This document shows positions 9,201 to 19,869 of a stretch of 64,000 nucleotides of DNA, in pieces. The stretch spans positions 96,001 through 160,000 of the forward strand of contig CAVUDP010000002.1 of the NCBI GenBank assembly GCA_963740315.1. The letters are read 5' to 3'. Below the pieces are notes generated by a model. That model saw only the letters and a program-made list of their open reading frames with translations. It had not been told where the DNA came from and did no database searches. Made by a program: the position numbers and the translations under genes. Every line of letters begins with the position of its first letter. Position 1 is the stretch's first letter. The DNA is from an uncultured cyanobacterium. GTDB lineage: Bacteria > Cyanobacteriota > Cyanobacteriia > Cyanobacteriales > Nostocaceae.

Positions 9201-11576
9201 ATGAGCTACTATATTTCTCCCCGTTTTGAAGATAAACTTGCCGTTCACATTACAAAAAACTATCTCGACCTTCCTAATGTGCGAGTACCTTTGATTTTAG
9301 GTGTTCACGGGCGCAAGGGTGAAGGAAAATCTTTTCAATGCGAGTTGGTTTTTGAGAAAATGGGTGTGGAGGTAACTCACATCTCTGGTGGTGAGTTGGA
9401 AAGTCCCGATGCTGGAGATCCAGCGCGTTTGATTCGGTTGCGCTATCGGGAAACTGCGGAATTAATCAAGGTGCGCGGCAAAATGTGCGTGTTGATGATT
9501 AACGATCTCGATGCTGGTGCTGGACGTTTTGATGAAGGTACCCAGTACACGGTGAATACGCAGTTGGTAAACGCTACGTTGATGAATATTGCGGATAATC
9601 CCACCGACGTACAGTTACCGGGTAGCTACGATTCTACGCCTTTGCATCGCGTTCCGATTATTGTCACCGGGAACGATTTCTCTACTTTATATGCGCCGTT
9701 GATTCGCGACGGTAGGATGGAAAAATTTTACTGGGAACCGAGTAGGGATGACAAGATTGGCATTGTCGGGGGAATTTTTAGGGAAGATAGTTTTTCAAGG
9801 CAAGATATAGAAAAGCTGGTTTCGGAGTTTCCCAACCAAGCAGTTGATTTTTATAGTGCATTGCGATCGCGAATTTATGACGAGCAAATTCGCGGGTTTA
9901 TCCACGATAAGGGAGTTGATAAAGTTTCTTCACAGGTTGTCAACAGCAACAATATGCCATCTTTCAGAAAACCAAATTTTGGTTTATCGGATTTGATCGA
10001 AATGGGACGCTTGATGGTTGGGGAACAGCATCGGGTGGATGATTCGCATTTGGTGGAAGAATACAATCGCGGCGCTTTACGTCATCAGAAGCATTTTGTA
10101 CCGCAGCCCGCAGACACATCCGTGTATCAAGCAAGACCTACGTCACATTTTGATGCAGAATTACCCGTGTATCAAGCAAGACCTACAGCACATTTTGACC
10201 CGGAACCATCATCTACTTACCAAGCAAGACCTAGCCATCAAACACAAGCGGAAGCCGTACACATCCCCGATGTCCCCGCTTCTGGTAAATTAGCAACTGG
10301 TAGAAACCGCAGTTTGGGTAAAAATCCTAACAGCGCAAATCGGAATCAGGAAATTGCATCTACCCATGTTGGACCCGAAATACTCAGCTATATGCAGAAG
10401 ATTTTAGCATCGGGGAACCATCTGAGCATCGAATATTCACCTAAAGAAAAACTTGGTAAAGGTGATTGGAAAAAGTTTTCAACTCACGAAATCGATGATA
10501 TGGCGGATGCGATCGGAGATTTGGAAAGATGTTTAGTTCAGCACAATGACGAATACGTGCGCGTAGCTGGAATCGATTACAAAACCAAGCAGCCAGTCAT
10601 GGGAACCATAATTCAAGATCCCAACGAAACCAACGGTTCAACTTTCCACTATCCACCTACACAAACTCTATATCCCAGCAAACAATTAAGTGGGGATTCA
10701 ACTTTCCGCTATCCAGAAACACGATCGACCTACAACAAACTACAAAGTAGCGATTCAAGTTTCCATTACCCAGAAACATCCAAACAAACAGGTGGTGCGA
10801 ATTTTCATTATCCAGAAACATCTGCCCCACATTACAGCGAACAAAGCAGCGATTCAACATTCCATTATCCAGAAAGATCCAAGCAAACAGGTGGTGCGAC
10901 ATTCCATTATCCCGAAACATCCAAGCAAATAGGTGGTGCGAATTTTCATTATCCAGAAACATCTGCCCCACATTACAGCGAACAAAGTAGCGATTCAACT
11001 TTTCAATATCCAGAAACATCCAAGCACATGGGTGGTGCGACATTCCATTATCCTGAACCATCTACTCCTAACTCACAAATAGGAGGTTCAAATTTCCGCT
11101 ATCCACCTTCACCTAAAACCTACAACAACCAGCAAAGTAGCGATTCAAATTTCCAATATCCAGATTCCGATCCATTTCCTCATCCCCATACAGCAGCTCA
11201 TAGCTATACTGCAACCAGTCACCCGCAAGATGTGGGAAGTAATTATCATAGCTACGGTACGGGTAATGCAAATAATGCACAGATATCTTCAGCCCACCTA
11301 GAGCTAGTAGTCTTAGAACAAATGCGAGAAATCTTAGCAACAGGAAGCCACATCGGTATAGAATACGTAGACCAGCGTAGATTCAGTACGGGTTCCTGGA
11401 AGAGTTACGCAGGGCATCAAATAGAAGATATGGCAGAGGCGATCGCAGCTTTGGAAGCCTGTTTAGTCGAACATAGTAACGACTACATACGTATTTTCGG
11501 AATCGATCCTCAAGCCAAGCGACGGTTATCAGAAATAATGATTCAGCGTCCAGGTGGTACACTTGTTCGCGGATAA
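9201..11576 (+). CDS. rca: Rubisco activase (cyanobacterial Rca/ALC), extended with two RbcS-like domains and a repeat linker
   Basis: GVHGRKGEGKS Walker A, LMINDLDAG, TGNDFSTLYAPLIRDGRMEKFYW; C-terminal RbcS-like EYVDQRRFSTGSW...YIRIFGIDPQAKRR. Confidence 0.95.
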   Translation: MSYYISPRFEDKLAVHITKNYLDLPNVRVPLILGVHGRKGEGKSFQCELVFEKMGVEVTHISGGELESPDAGDPARLIRLRYRETAELIKVRGKMCVLMINDLDAGAGRFDEGTQYTVNTQLVNATLMNIADNPTDVQLPGSYDSTPLHRVPIIVTGNDFSTLYAPLIRDGRMEKFYWEPSRDDKIGIVGGIFREDSFSRQDIEKLVSEFPNQAVDFYSALRSRIYDEQIRGFIHDKGVDKVSSQVVNSNNMPSFRKPNFGLSDLIEMGRLMVGEQHRVDDSHLVEEYNRGALRHQKHFVPQPADTSVYQARPTSHFDAELPVYQARPTAHFDPEPSSTYQARPSHQTQAEAVHIPDVPASGKLATGRNRSLGKNPNSANRNQEIASTHVGPEILSYMQKILASGNHLSIEYSPKEKLGKGDWKKFSTHEIDDMADAIGDLERCLVQHNDEYVRVAGIDYKTKQPVMGTIIQDPNETNGSTFHYPPTQTLYPSKQLSGDSTFRYPETRSTYNKLQSSDSSFHYPETSKQTGGANFHYPETSAPHYSEQSSDSTFHYPERSKQTGGATFHYPETSKQIGGANFHYPETSAPHYSEQSSDSTFQYPETSKHMGGATFHYPEPSTPNSQIGGSNFRYPPSPKTYNNQQSSDSNFQYPDSDPFPHPHTAAHSYTATSHPQDVGSNYHSYGTGNANNAQISSAHLELVVLEQMREILATGSHIGIEYVDQRRFSTGSWKSYAGHQIEDMAEAIAALEACLVEHSNDYIRIFGIDPQAKRRLSEIMIQRPGGTLVRG

Positions 11577-11692
11577 TAGTTAATCCCCAAAAAATGTAGA
11601 GACGTAGCACTGCTACGTCTCCAGAATCTGTATGAAATTCCAACAATAAACCGCTATCTTAATTATAAAAACACAAAGCGGATCGCATTCTT

Positions 11693-12235
11693 CTAAGCAA
11701 CGTATTCGAGATTAAAGAAAAAGTTTTGACGAACGAAATTATCAACATCTACATCAAAAGTAACTATATGGGATAATTTTTCCCAAGTTTTAGCCCCAAC
11801 AATTCCATCAGTCGTAAGCTTGTCATAATTTTGAAATTTAATTACAGCAGCTTTGGTTTTTGCTCCAAAATCACCATCAATTGCACCTACATTTAACTTT
11901 AGAGGATGACCAATTTGTGGGAAAATATCTTCAGCCTTTTGCAACAAATACTGCAATTCTCTAACTGTTTCTCCTTTTGCGCCTTGACGTAATGTAGGTC
12001 TTTCTAATACCCAAATATTCCGCTGTATAGCTAGTTCTGTATTTACACCTACAATACCATCAACAACCAAAGCATTATTCTTTTGAAAATCAATTACAGC
12101 AGCTTTAGTTTTGGGTCCAAAATCGCGATCGATTGCTGATTTATAGTATCCCAGAGTATTTAATCGTTTTTGTAGAAATTTTACTTCTTCTTTGAAATTA
12201 GAGCCTTGTTTGAGAACTTGAAAAGGTCGTGACAT
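11693..12235 (-). CDS. protein with two peptidoglycan-binding domains
   Basis: Two LKQGS...VxxLQ...IDGDFGPKTKAAVIxFQ....DGIVG repeats. Confidence 0.9.
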   Translation of the reverse strand: MSRPFQVLKQGSNFKEEVKFLQKRLNTLGYYKSAIDRDFGPKTKAAVIDFQKNNALVVDGIVGVNTELAIQRNIWVLERPTLRQGAKGETVRELQYLLQKAEDIFPQIGHPLKLNVGAIDGDFGAKTKAAVIKFQNYDKLTTDGIVGAKTWEKLSHIVTFDVDVDNFVRQNFFFNLEYVA

Positions 12236-12340
12236 GATAATCTCCTTATTTTATAACTGTTTAAGTTTTATATTTCTGAAGAACCAGTTAAATACAAGCT
12301 GTTTAAATTTAATTACGGAAACTAATCGCCCAAAAATTAA

Positions 12341-12854
12341 CTAAGCCAATCCAAAAAGATTGTTAAAAACAATTGTTGTAGAATCCAAATCAAAAGTTAG
12401 TACTCCAGATAATTCATTCCAAGTTTTAGCCCCAACAATTCCATCAGCCGTAAGCTTGTCATAATTTTGAAATTTAATTACAGCAGCTTTAGTTTTGGGA
12501 CCAAAATCACCATCAACTGCACCAACATCTAATTGAATTGACTCTCCTATTCGTGATGGCATCCCTTGAGCATCTTGTAATAAATTTTGCAATCTTTTAA
12601 CTTCTTCACCTCTTGAACCTTGCTTTAAAATCGGTCTTTGTGAAACCCAAATATCTCGCTGTATAGCTGATTCTGTTTCCGTTCCCACAACCCCATCAGC
12701 AACAACAGCATTATTCTTTTGATAGGCAATTACAGCAGCTTCAGTTTTCGGACCAAAATCACCATCGATCGCACTGGAATAATAACCGAGATTTTTTAAG
12801 CGTTGCTGTAATTTAGTAACATCAGCACATGACAGAACCTTTCTTGAGTATCAT
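12341..12854 (-). pseudogene. tandem paralog of the peptidoglycan-binding protein with +1 frameshift near the 5' end
   Basis: GGGAG RBS and ATG at 12854 (MILKKGS); one extra base ~12833 separates it from ADVTKLQQRLKNLGYYSSAIDGDFGPKT; span 514 nt = 3n+1. Confidence 0.75.
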
Positions 12855-13132
12855 GATCTCCCGTGTATTTGTTAGTTTTAAATACAAGGAGCGATGTAAT
12901 TTTACGGAAAATTGGTATAAAAAATCAGAAATAAATATTCAGCATTCCGAGAATAAACCTGTGAGTAAATCGCACAAAAATGTAGAGACTCCGCACTGCT
13001 ACGTCTCCATAATCTGTATGATATTCCAACAATAAACCGCTATTTTAATTCAGATATCAACTACAACTATTAACCTAACCCACAAGCATCATTCGGAATA
13101 AGTATTTATAATTAAAAGTCAATACTCGATAA

Positions 13133-13653
13133 CTAAGAAGGTAACTTAATCTTCGCTTCACCAGTTTCTCTCGAAACCCTTTCAATCTTAAAGTCCTCAA
13201 TATTGCTTTCAAAGCGATTGAAAACAACTCTAATTTCGTCATAAGCGATCGCACTCGAAGCACCTTTTGGCTGATTACACTTGACTCGCATCAAAGTTTG
13301 AAAACCGCTATAACGTTCGTTAATGTAAAAGCTTCGTTTACAATCAAAACCAATAAAACCTTCTAATGCTAACTGATTGAGCGCGGCTACACCCATGCGA
13401 CTGTTAATTAGCGATTTGATTTCCTTTATCTCTTCCTTCTCATTCATTCTCCGCCATTTATCTTGTGGTTTGGTAGCTTGCGAATATAAGGAACAAGATT
13501 GTAATTTTGCTGAAGAACCGTTATATTTTGGCAGTTAATATTGGAAATTGTCTGAATAGAAGTTGCAGAGACTTGATTATTCAACAACCATAATAATGGA
13601 CTTGCTATCAAGATAGATGTAATAACTAATCTTTTCATCGGATTATTCACCAA
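13133..13653 (-). pseudogene. probable single exported protein split into ORFs 13444-13653 and 13133-13447 by a frameshift
   Basis: Signal-peptide-like MKRLVITSILIASPLLW; frame of the downstream ORF is open back to ~13533 (PKYNGSSAKLQSCSLYSQ...); one added C would join them. Confidence 0.5.
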
Positions 13654-13765
13654 TACATTTCAAGAATCTATTAGATAGAAGAAATCTTGAATTGGTTCCT
13701 TTTTTTCCTTACAAACATCTTTCTTAACAAACTTAACAATAAATATTAACTGCTGGTTGCTAAAA

Positions 13766-14107
13766 CTACCCACCGCTGATTTTAGCTTTGTAACCCTGCT
13801 TCTTCAAAATTTCGAGAATTTTTTGCTTGTGTTCGCCTTGAATTTCAATTTCGTTATCCTTTACCGTACCACCGCAACCGCATTGACCTTTTAACTGTTT
13901 TAATAAAGCTTGTAAAGTTTCCGGCTTACTTTGAAATCCGGTAATTATTGTAACAGTTTTACCTTTACGTCCGGCGCGGGTTGCTTGTACCCGCAAATCT
14001 TGTTTTTCTGGGGGTAAGTCGGGTGTTCCTCTTTGAGTCGCAGCATTATCGGAACCAAATTCTTGCCAACCGGAAGATTTACCCGTCAATTTGCGTTTAG
14101 CAGCCAT
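13766..14107 (-). CDS. yciH: SUI1/YciH translation initiation factor
   Basis: RAGRKGKTVTIITG, LKGQCGCGGTVK, IEIQGEH. Confidence 0.92.
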   Translation of the reverse strand: MAAKRKLTGKSSGWQEFGSDNAATQRGTPDLPPEKQDLRVQATRAGRKGKTVTIITGFQSKPETLQALLKQLKGQCGCGGTVKDNEIEIQGEHKQKILEILKKQGYKAKISGG

Positions 14108-14280
14108 AAAGTTTAGATAATTTATTTTATAATCTCACTCTAGTAATTTTAACTTTAGCTGGCAAATTTAATATCTTCAGAATTCCGCGAAATCGTTGGG
14201 ATTGGCAGAAATTCCAACTTTCGAGCAAAAATATATATAAGAGAACTGTTGCTATTATTAATCAAACCGGATTTTGATAT

Positions 14281-14547
14281 ATGTCTTACGATATTATTTT
14301 GTGTCAAGGAAACAACTGTCCGATAAAACAGAATTGTTACCGTTTTACAGCTAAAGTTCTAGGTCGTAGAAATTCTTTTACAAAAGCTCCTTATGATTTT
14401 ACTACTAATGACTGCGAACATTTTATCAATAACCGTCCGGATGAAAATACAATCCGTTTAAAAGCTTATGAAATTTGGCAACAAATGGGCTATCCCAATG
14501 GAAAATCTGTAGAACATTGGCTTCAGGCTGAAAAGGAATTAATTTAG
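14281..14547 (+). CDS. DUF2934-domain protein with N-terminal Cys-rich motif
   Basis: IRLKAYEIWQQMGYPNGKSVEHWLQAE; CQGNNCPIKQNCYR. Confidence 0.75.
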   Translation: MSYDIILCQGNNCPIKQNCYRFTAKVLGRRNSFTKAPYDFTTNDCEHFINNRPDENTIRLKAYEIWQQMGYPNGKSVEHWLQAEKELI

Positions 14548-14737
14548 TAAAAAAACATCTTAATATCAATCAACACGGAAGCAGTGAATGCATTTTATTT
14601 TACTTAAATCTTTCACTTTTCTATTAAAAGTAGCCGAACAATTAAATTGTTAACATAACATTGTATCAAAATATAATTTAAAATATCAAAAAAATTTGCA
14701 ATAATTAAACAGACAGATCCTCATTTGCAATTAACTT

Positions 14738-15346
14738 ATGAAACCAGATGAGATAGAAGTTGTACTGCAAGCAGCTTTCCGTCATTGCGATGCAGCCCGC
14801 TGTCCTCTTACTGATGGGCAAAAAATCATATTGCTCGAAGTAATAAGCAAAGGAATAAGAAATTCCACTGACGATATATCAGATGATGTAAATCCTTTAA
14901 CAGAACTGACTTCTGAAGAATTACAAAAATTTTCTCAGTTTATTAAAGAAATTGAGTCACAAAATCGTTCCTGGAAGGTGCAATTACTCAACGATTGGCT
15001 GCAAGAAAAAGATTCCGGAGTCGTACAATTTATCCGCGAACGTTATGGTATACAGTGGTTAACCAAAATTGAAAAACATCATTTCGATGAATTAGATAGC
15101 GAAGAAACCTATCTGCTAAAAATTGGCGATCGCATTGAAGTTTGCAATGGATTATGGGAATGGGTGCAAGAGGGTACATCGTGTGAGCCTCAATGGTTTC
15201 GCTGTACGGTAATTAGTCTTGAAGAAATCGTCGATAATGATAGCTCATATACCACTTGCACTATCCGCTTCAACAACGGTGCAGAATATCAAATTCAGGG
15301 GATTTATCAATGGAATCGCTATCAGTGGCGCTGGGATAAGGATTAG
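14738..15346 (+). CDS. conserved hypothetical protein
   Basis: 202-aa ORF; no function recognised. Confidence 0.7.
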   Translation: MKPDEIEVVLQAAFRHCDAARCPLTDGQKIILLEVISKGIRNSTDDISDDVNPLTELTSEELQKFSQFIKEIESQNRSWKVQLLNDWLQEKDSGVVQFIRERYGIQWLTKIEKHHFDELDSEETYLLKIGDRIEVCNGLWEWVQEGTSCEPQWFRCTVISLEEIVDNDSSYTTCTIRFNNGAEYQIQGIYQWNRYQWRWDKD

Positions 15347-15367
15347 CGCTTGAATATCTTTTATACT

Positions 15368-15402
15368 TGTCCCGGATGTAAAATTTAACATCTGGGACAT
15401 TT
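15368..15402 (+). terminator. hairpin, probable terminator
   Basis: TGTCCCGGATGT-aaaattta-ACATCTGGGACA followed by TTT. Confidence 0.5.
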
Positions 15403-15831
15403 ATTATTTATAGCTGATATTCAGATTTAAGAGCTTGTCATTTCGGTGTTTACTATATAAGCGCAACTACAAATCTCTTTTTATTTATAAATATCAAACC
15501 GGAGTAGGAGCGATCGCGGCTTCCCCTAACTCGGCAATTTTCGATTGCTTAAGCTCTAACGGGTTAAGAACATTTCCCTATTACATGAACTAAATCTAAA
15601 ACTGTTAAAACTATATTTAAATACATATTTGCTGGTATCTAATTATGACGGTTTGTCATTTTAATTATTTTTTGCGTTCGGATAAAAAAAGAGCTTTAGC
15701 GATCGCAAAATATATGTTTTTTTGTTCGATTAAATACAGTTAAGAAATATTACAAACAATAACATATTATTGCTAAGATTAAAGCGGGAACGTTTGGTAA
15801 ATAGGTCGCTAAAAATGTAAGGTGAAATACA

Positions 15832-16332
15832 ATGTTTGAGAATTTTCTTCCAGCTTTAAACGAGCATAATTTACCTTATCCAGATACAATTCATCCTATC
15901 GTTGTCCATTTTGTAATTGCGATGGTTTTATTTGCTTTTGTATGCGATGTAATAGGTTATTTTACTAAAAACTATCGGCTTTTTGAAGTTAGTTGGTGGA
16001 ATATGTTTTTCGCTACAATTGCCATTTTCATTGCGATAATTTTTGGACAACTTGAAGCCGGTTTAGCATTAGCTTACGATGCCGTTGAACCAGTACTCAA
16101 TTTGCATACTTTAATGGGCTGGTCGCTTTCTGGAATTATTGCGGCAATTACAAGCTGGCGCTATGTGATTCGTTTGCGCGACTCTAAGACGATACCAGTT
16201 TCTTATTTAGGAGCGGGATTAGTTTTAACAATGTTAGTGTGTTTTCAAGTATATCTTGGAGACAAATTAGTTTGGGTTTATGGACTGCATACAAGTCCAG
16301 TTGTAGAAGCTGTTAAAGAGGGGATTTTGTAG
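15832..16332 (+). CDS. DUF2231 membrane protein
   Basis: IHPIVVHFVIA...NLHTLMG...LGDKLVWVYG, several TM helices. Confidence 0.85.
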   Translation: MFENFLPALNEHNLPYPDTIHPIVVHFVIAMVLFAFVCDVIGYFTKNYRLFEVSWWNMFFATIAIFIAIIFGQLEAGLALAYDAVEPVLNLHTLMGWSLSGIIAAITSWRYVIRLRDSKTIPVSYLGAGLVLTMLVCFQVYLGDKLVWVYGLHTSPVVEAVKEGIL

Positions 16333-16928
16333 TGAATTCAGGAATTGAACAGTTCGATTTAGGAGCAAATGGATTACCTTATACTATTCCTATTCATCCT
16401 AATTTAGTGCATCTAACATTGGGACTATTTATTATTGCTATTGCCTTCGATATTGTGGGCGTATTTTTCACATTAGAAAAACCAGTCTTCAAACTTTTAT
16501 CACTTCGTGCAACTCGTACCGCATTTTTTGATGTTGGTTGGTACAATATGTTGGCTTCAGCCATCATTACATTTTTTACAGTTGCAGCAGGTTTCTACGA
16601 AATAATGCTAGCGCAACCCCAATCTGAGATCAAAAGTGCTTGGGGATTGGGAGCAATGGAAACGATGATTTGGCATGGTGTTGGAGGCGTTGTACTGCTA
16701 GCATTGATAGTTGGAATGACCGTATGGCGTGGTTTTCAGCGCTATAAGTGGCGAAAAGATAAAGCTTTGCAAGTCCAGTGGAGTTATTTATTAGTTGGAC
16801 TTTTCATCATGTTTATCATGTACGCTCACGGAACATTAGGAGCGCACATGGCAGGTGAATTTGGCATACACAATACCGCCGATAATTTATTGCGATCGGG
16901 ACAAAATCCTGATGCTTTGTTGAGGTAA
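16332..16928 (+). CDS. DUF2231 membrane protein
   Basis: IHPNLVHLTLG...WHGVGG...GTLGAHMAGEFG; GTG start overlaps upstream TAG. Confidence 0.85.
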   Translation: MNSGIEQFDLGANGLPYTIPIHPNLVHLTLGLFIIAIAFDIVGVFFTLEKPVFKLLSLRATRTAFFDVGWYNMLASAIITFFTVAAGFYEIMLAQPQSEIKSAWGLGAMETMIWHGVGGVVLLALIVGMTVWRGFQRYKWRKDKALQVQWSYLLVGLFIMFIMYAHGTLGAHMAGEFGIHNTADNLLRSGQNPDALLR

Positions 16929-17084
16929 ATAAATAGGGAATAGGGAGTAGGAAGTAGGGAGTAGGGAACAGAAAACAGCGAATAGGGAATTCTTAACAAT
17001 AAAAATGTGTTTATTTCATTCGTTGCTAAGGTTGAAAAAACTATCAACTATCAACTAAAAACTATCAACTAACAACTATTTCTT

Positions 17085-17993
17085 ATGAAAAGACGCGACA
17101 TTATTTTAATAACTATCACTGCTATTATTTTAGCTATTGTTAGTTTAGGGATAGGACAACAGGCTTATTCTTGGCTTCCTCCACAAGCTACAACTGAATC
17201 TCTATTAATAGATGAGTTATTCAGTTTTATGGTGACGTTAGGCGCATTTATCTTCTTGGGAGTTACGGGAGCGCTAATATATTCAATTATCTTCAATCGT
17301 GCGGGTAAGTATGACATTAGCGATGGTCCCCCGATAGAAGGAAATGTCGCTGTAGAAGTCATCTGGACGGTTATTCCATTTCTTTTATCGATTTGGATTG
17401 GAGTCTACAGCTACCAAATCTACGACCAAATGTCGATTCTTGGTTCAGTGCAACATGATTCTATGTCGATGGGGATAAAATCAGCCATTGCCGAGCCTAT
17501 TTCAGAAGCTTCAGAAACCGCTCAAAGTCCTGGAAAAATAGAAGTTACAGCCAAACAATGGGCTTGGATTTTTCATTATCCTTCTTCAAATGTTAGTAGC
17601 ACCGAATTGCATTTACCTGTAAATCAACGTGCTTATCTAACATTGCGATCGCAGGATGTCATACATGGATTTTATATTCCTGCATTTCGGGTAAAGCAAG
17701 ACGTTATTCCCAATGAATTAATTAACTTTGAATTTACCCCCATCCTTGAGGGTAAATATAGATTGCGGGATTCTCAATATAGTGGAACTTACTTTGCAGC
17801 AATGCAGGCTGATGTGGTAGTTGAATCACCCGAAAAATATCAGCAGTGGTTAAAAGAAGCCTCAAATCGCAAACCATCCCCTGCGTTTAATCAAGCAATG
17901 TTTGAATATACCAGGTTTACAGACAAAGCAATTGAAAGTAATTGGGCAACAGTTAAACCCGCAGCACCTCCCGTGGTGAATTATCACAATTAA
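17085..17993 (+). CDS. coxB: heme-copper oxidase subunit II, ARTO-like (CuA ligands lost)
   Basis: EVIWTVIP, AKQWAWIFHY, DVIHGFYIPAFRVKQD; CuA CxExCGxxH replaced by DSQYSGTYF. Confidence 0.9.
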   Translation: MKRRDIILITITAIILAIVSLGIGQQAYSWLPPQATTESLLIDELFSFMVTLGAFIFLGVTGALIYSIIFNRAGKYDISDGPPIEGNVAVEVIWTVIPFLLSIWIGVYSYQIYDQMSILGSVQHDSMSMGIKSAIAEPISEASETAQSPGKIEVTAKQWAWIFHYPSSNVSSTELHLPVNQRAYLTLRSQDVIHGFYIPAFRVKQDVIPNELINFEFTPILEGKYRLRDSQYSGTYFAAMQADVVVESPEKYQQWLKEASNRKPSPAFNQAMFEYTRFTDKAIESNWATVKPAAPPVVNYHN

Positions 17994-18096
17994 ATCAATT
18001 ATCAATTATCAGTTATTAGTCATATCTGTTGTTCATTGATAATTGTTCATTGTTCATTGATAATCCAAAATCTAAAATCTAAAATCTAAAATCTAA

Positions 18097-19785
18097 ATGA
18101 CTAGTACTCAAGACAAAAACACCGAAGTTGTACAAAAACAACCTCAACCTCAACATCACCATCATCCTCCAACGACTTGGAAAACCTACTTTACTTTCAG
18201 TACCGACCATAAAGTAATTGGTATCCAATACATCGTTACAGCCTTCGTGTTTTTCCTGATTGGCGGCATTTTCGCCATGATTATTCGCGGCGAACTAATC
18301 ACCCCAGAATCTGACTTGGTAGACCGCACCGTTTATAACGCCATGTTTACCATGCATGGGACGATAATGCTGTTTATGTGGACGTTTCCGGTACTGGCTG
18401 GTTTGGCTAACTACCTCGTACCTTTGATGATTGGGGCGCGAGATATGGCGTTTCCTCGTTTAAATGCCCTTGCCTTTTGGATGGTTCCAGTGTTTGGAAT
18501 TATACTTATGGCGAGTTTCTTAGTTCCTGGTGGTTCCGCACAAGCTGGTTGGTGGTCTTATCCACCTGTGAGTACCCAAAATCCCACGGGTAATTTGATT
18601 AACGGACAATTTCTGTGGCTGCTAGCTGTAGCATTATCGGGCGTGTCTTCGATTTTGGGCGCGGTTAATATTGTTACTACGATTTTCCGGATGAGAGCGC
18701 CGGGAATGGGCTTTTTCCGGATGCCTGCTTATGTCTGGACGGTATTAAGCGCTCAGATGATTCAATTGTTTGGATTGCCTGCACTGACTGCGGGTGCGGT
18801 GATGCTGTTATGTGACCTCAGCGTGGGAACCAGTTTCTTTGACCCTGCTAGAGGCGGCAACCCAGTTTTATACCAGCATTTGTTCTGGTTCTATTCCCAT
18901 CCTGCCGTCTATGTAATAATACTGCCTATCTTCGGCATTTTCTCGGAAATATTTCCGGTTTACGCTCGCAAACCGCTATTTGGCTACAGAGTGGTAGTAG
19001 TTTCATCGCTAATTATCACCGGCTTAAGTGCTGTGGTGTGGGTTCACCATATGTTTGCTAGCGGCACTCCCGGCTGGATGCGGATGCTGTTCATGTTCTC
19101 CACAATGTTGATTTCCGTACCTACAGGAATTAAGGTTTTTGCCTGGGTAGCAACTGTTTGGGGAGGTAAGTTACGTTTAGATACACCAATGCTGTTTGCG
19201 TTGGGTGGGTTAACGATGTTTGTATTTGCTGGCATCACGGGTATTATGCTGGCTGCGGTTCCCATTGACATCCATGTTAATAATACTTACTTCGTAGTCG
19301 GTCACTTTCACTATGTTATTTATGGTGCAACCGTGATGGGTATTTATGCTGCCATATATCATTGGTTCCCCAAGATGACAGGAAGGATGTATTACGAAGG
19401 TTTGGGTAAACTGCACTTCTGGTTAACCTTCATCGGCGCAAACCTCAACTTCTTCCCCATGCACCCATTAGGATTGCAAGGAATGCCGCGTCGAGTTGCT
19501 TCTTACGATCCAGAATTTGCATTTTGGAATGTCATTGCTAGTATCGGTGGATTTATTTTGGGAATGTCCACGTTACCGTTTTTACTTAATATGATAAGTT
19601 CTTGGATTGACGGTAAGAAAGCAACAGATAACCCTTGGCGTGCAATTGGTTTGGAATGGTTAGTTTCTTCACCACCACCAGTAGAAAACTTTGAAAAACA
19701 ACTACCAATTGTAGTAGAAGAACCCTACGGTTACGGGAAATCGAAACCAGAAGATTTAGTTGCAAACCCTACAGAACTTAACTAG
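18097..19785 (+). CDS. coxA: heme-copper oxidase subunit I
   Basis: TDHKVIG, FTMHG, WFYSHPAVY, WVHHMF, VVGHFHY, GMPRR. Confidence 0.96.
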   Translation: MTSTQDKNTEVVQKQPQPQHHHHPPTTWKTYFTFSTDHKVIGIQYIVTAFVFFLIGGIFAMIIRGELITPESDLVDRTVYNAMFTMHGTIMLFMWTFPVLAGLANYLVPLMIGARDMAFPRLNALAFWMVPVFGIILMASFLVPGGSAQAGWWSYPPVSTQNPTGNLINGQFLWLLAVALSGVSSILGAVNIVTTIFRMRAPGMGFFRMPAYVWTVLSAQMIQLFGLPALTAGAVMLLCDLSVGTSFFDPARGGNPVLYQHLFWFYSHPAVYVIILPIFGIFSEIFPVYARKPLFGYRVVVVSSLIITGLSAVVWVHHMFASGTPGWMRMLFMFSTMLISVPTGIKVFAWVATVWGGKLRLDTPMLFALGGLTMFVFAGITGIMLAAVPIDIHVNNTYFVVGHFHYVIYGATVMGIYAAIYHWFPKMTGRMYYEGLGKLHFWLTFIGANLNFFPMHPLGLQGMPRRVASYDPEFAFWNVIASIGGFILGMSTLPFLLNMISSWIDGKKATDNPWRAIGLEWLVSSPPPVENFEKQLPIVVEEPYGYGKSKPEDLVANPTELN

Positions 19786-19869
19786 TTATTTGGTTCGTAG
19801 TAGGAACTTTAGTTCTTTCAAGGGCTAAAGTCCTTACTACAAACTAATAAAATCTCAGCAGAATCTATT

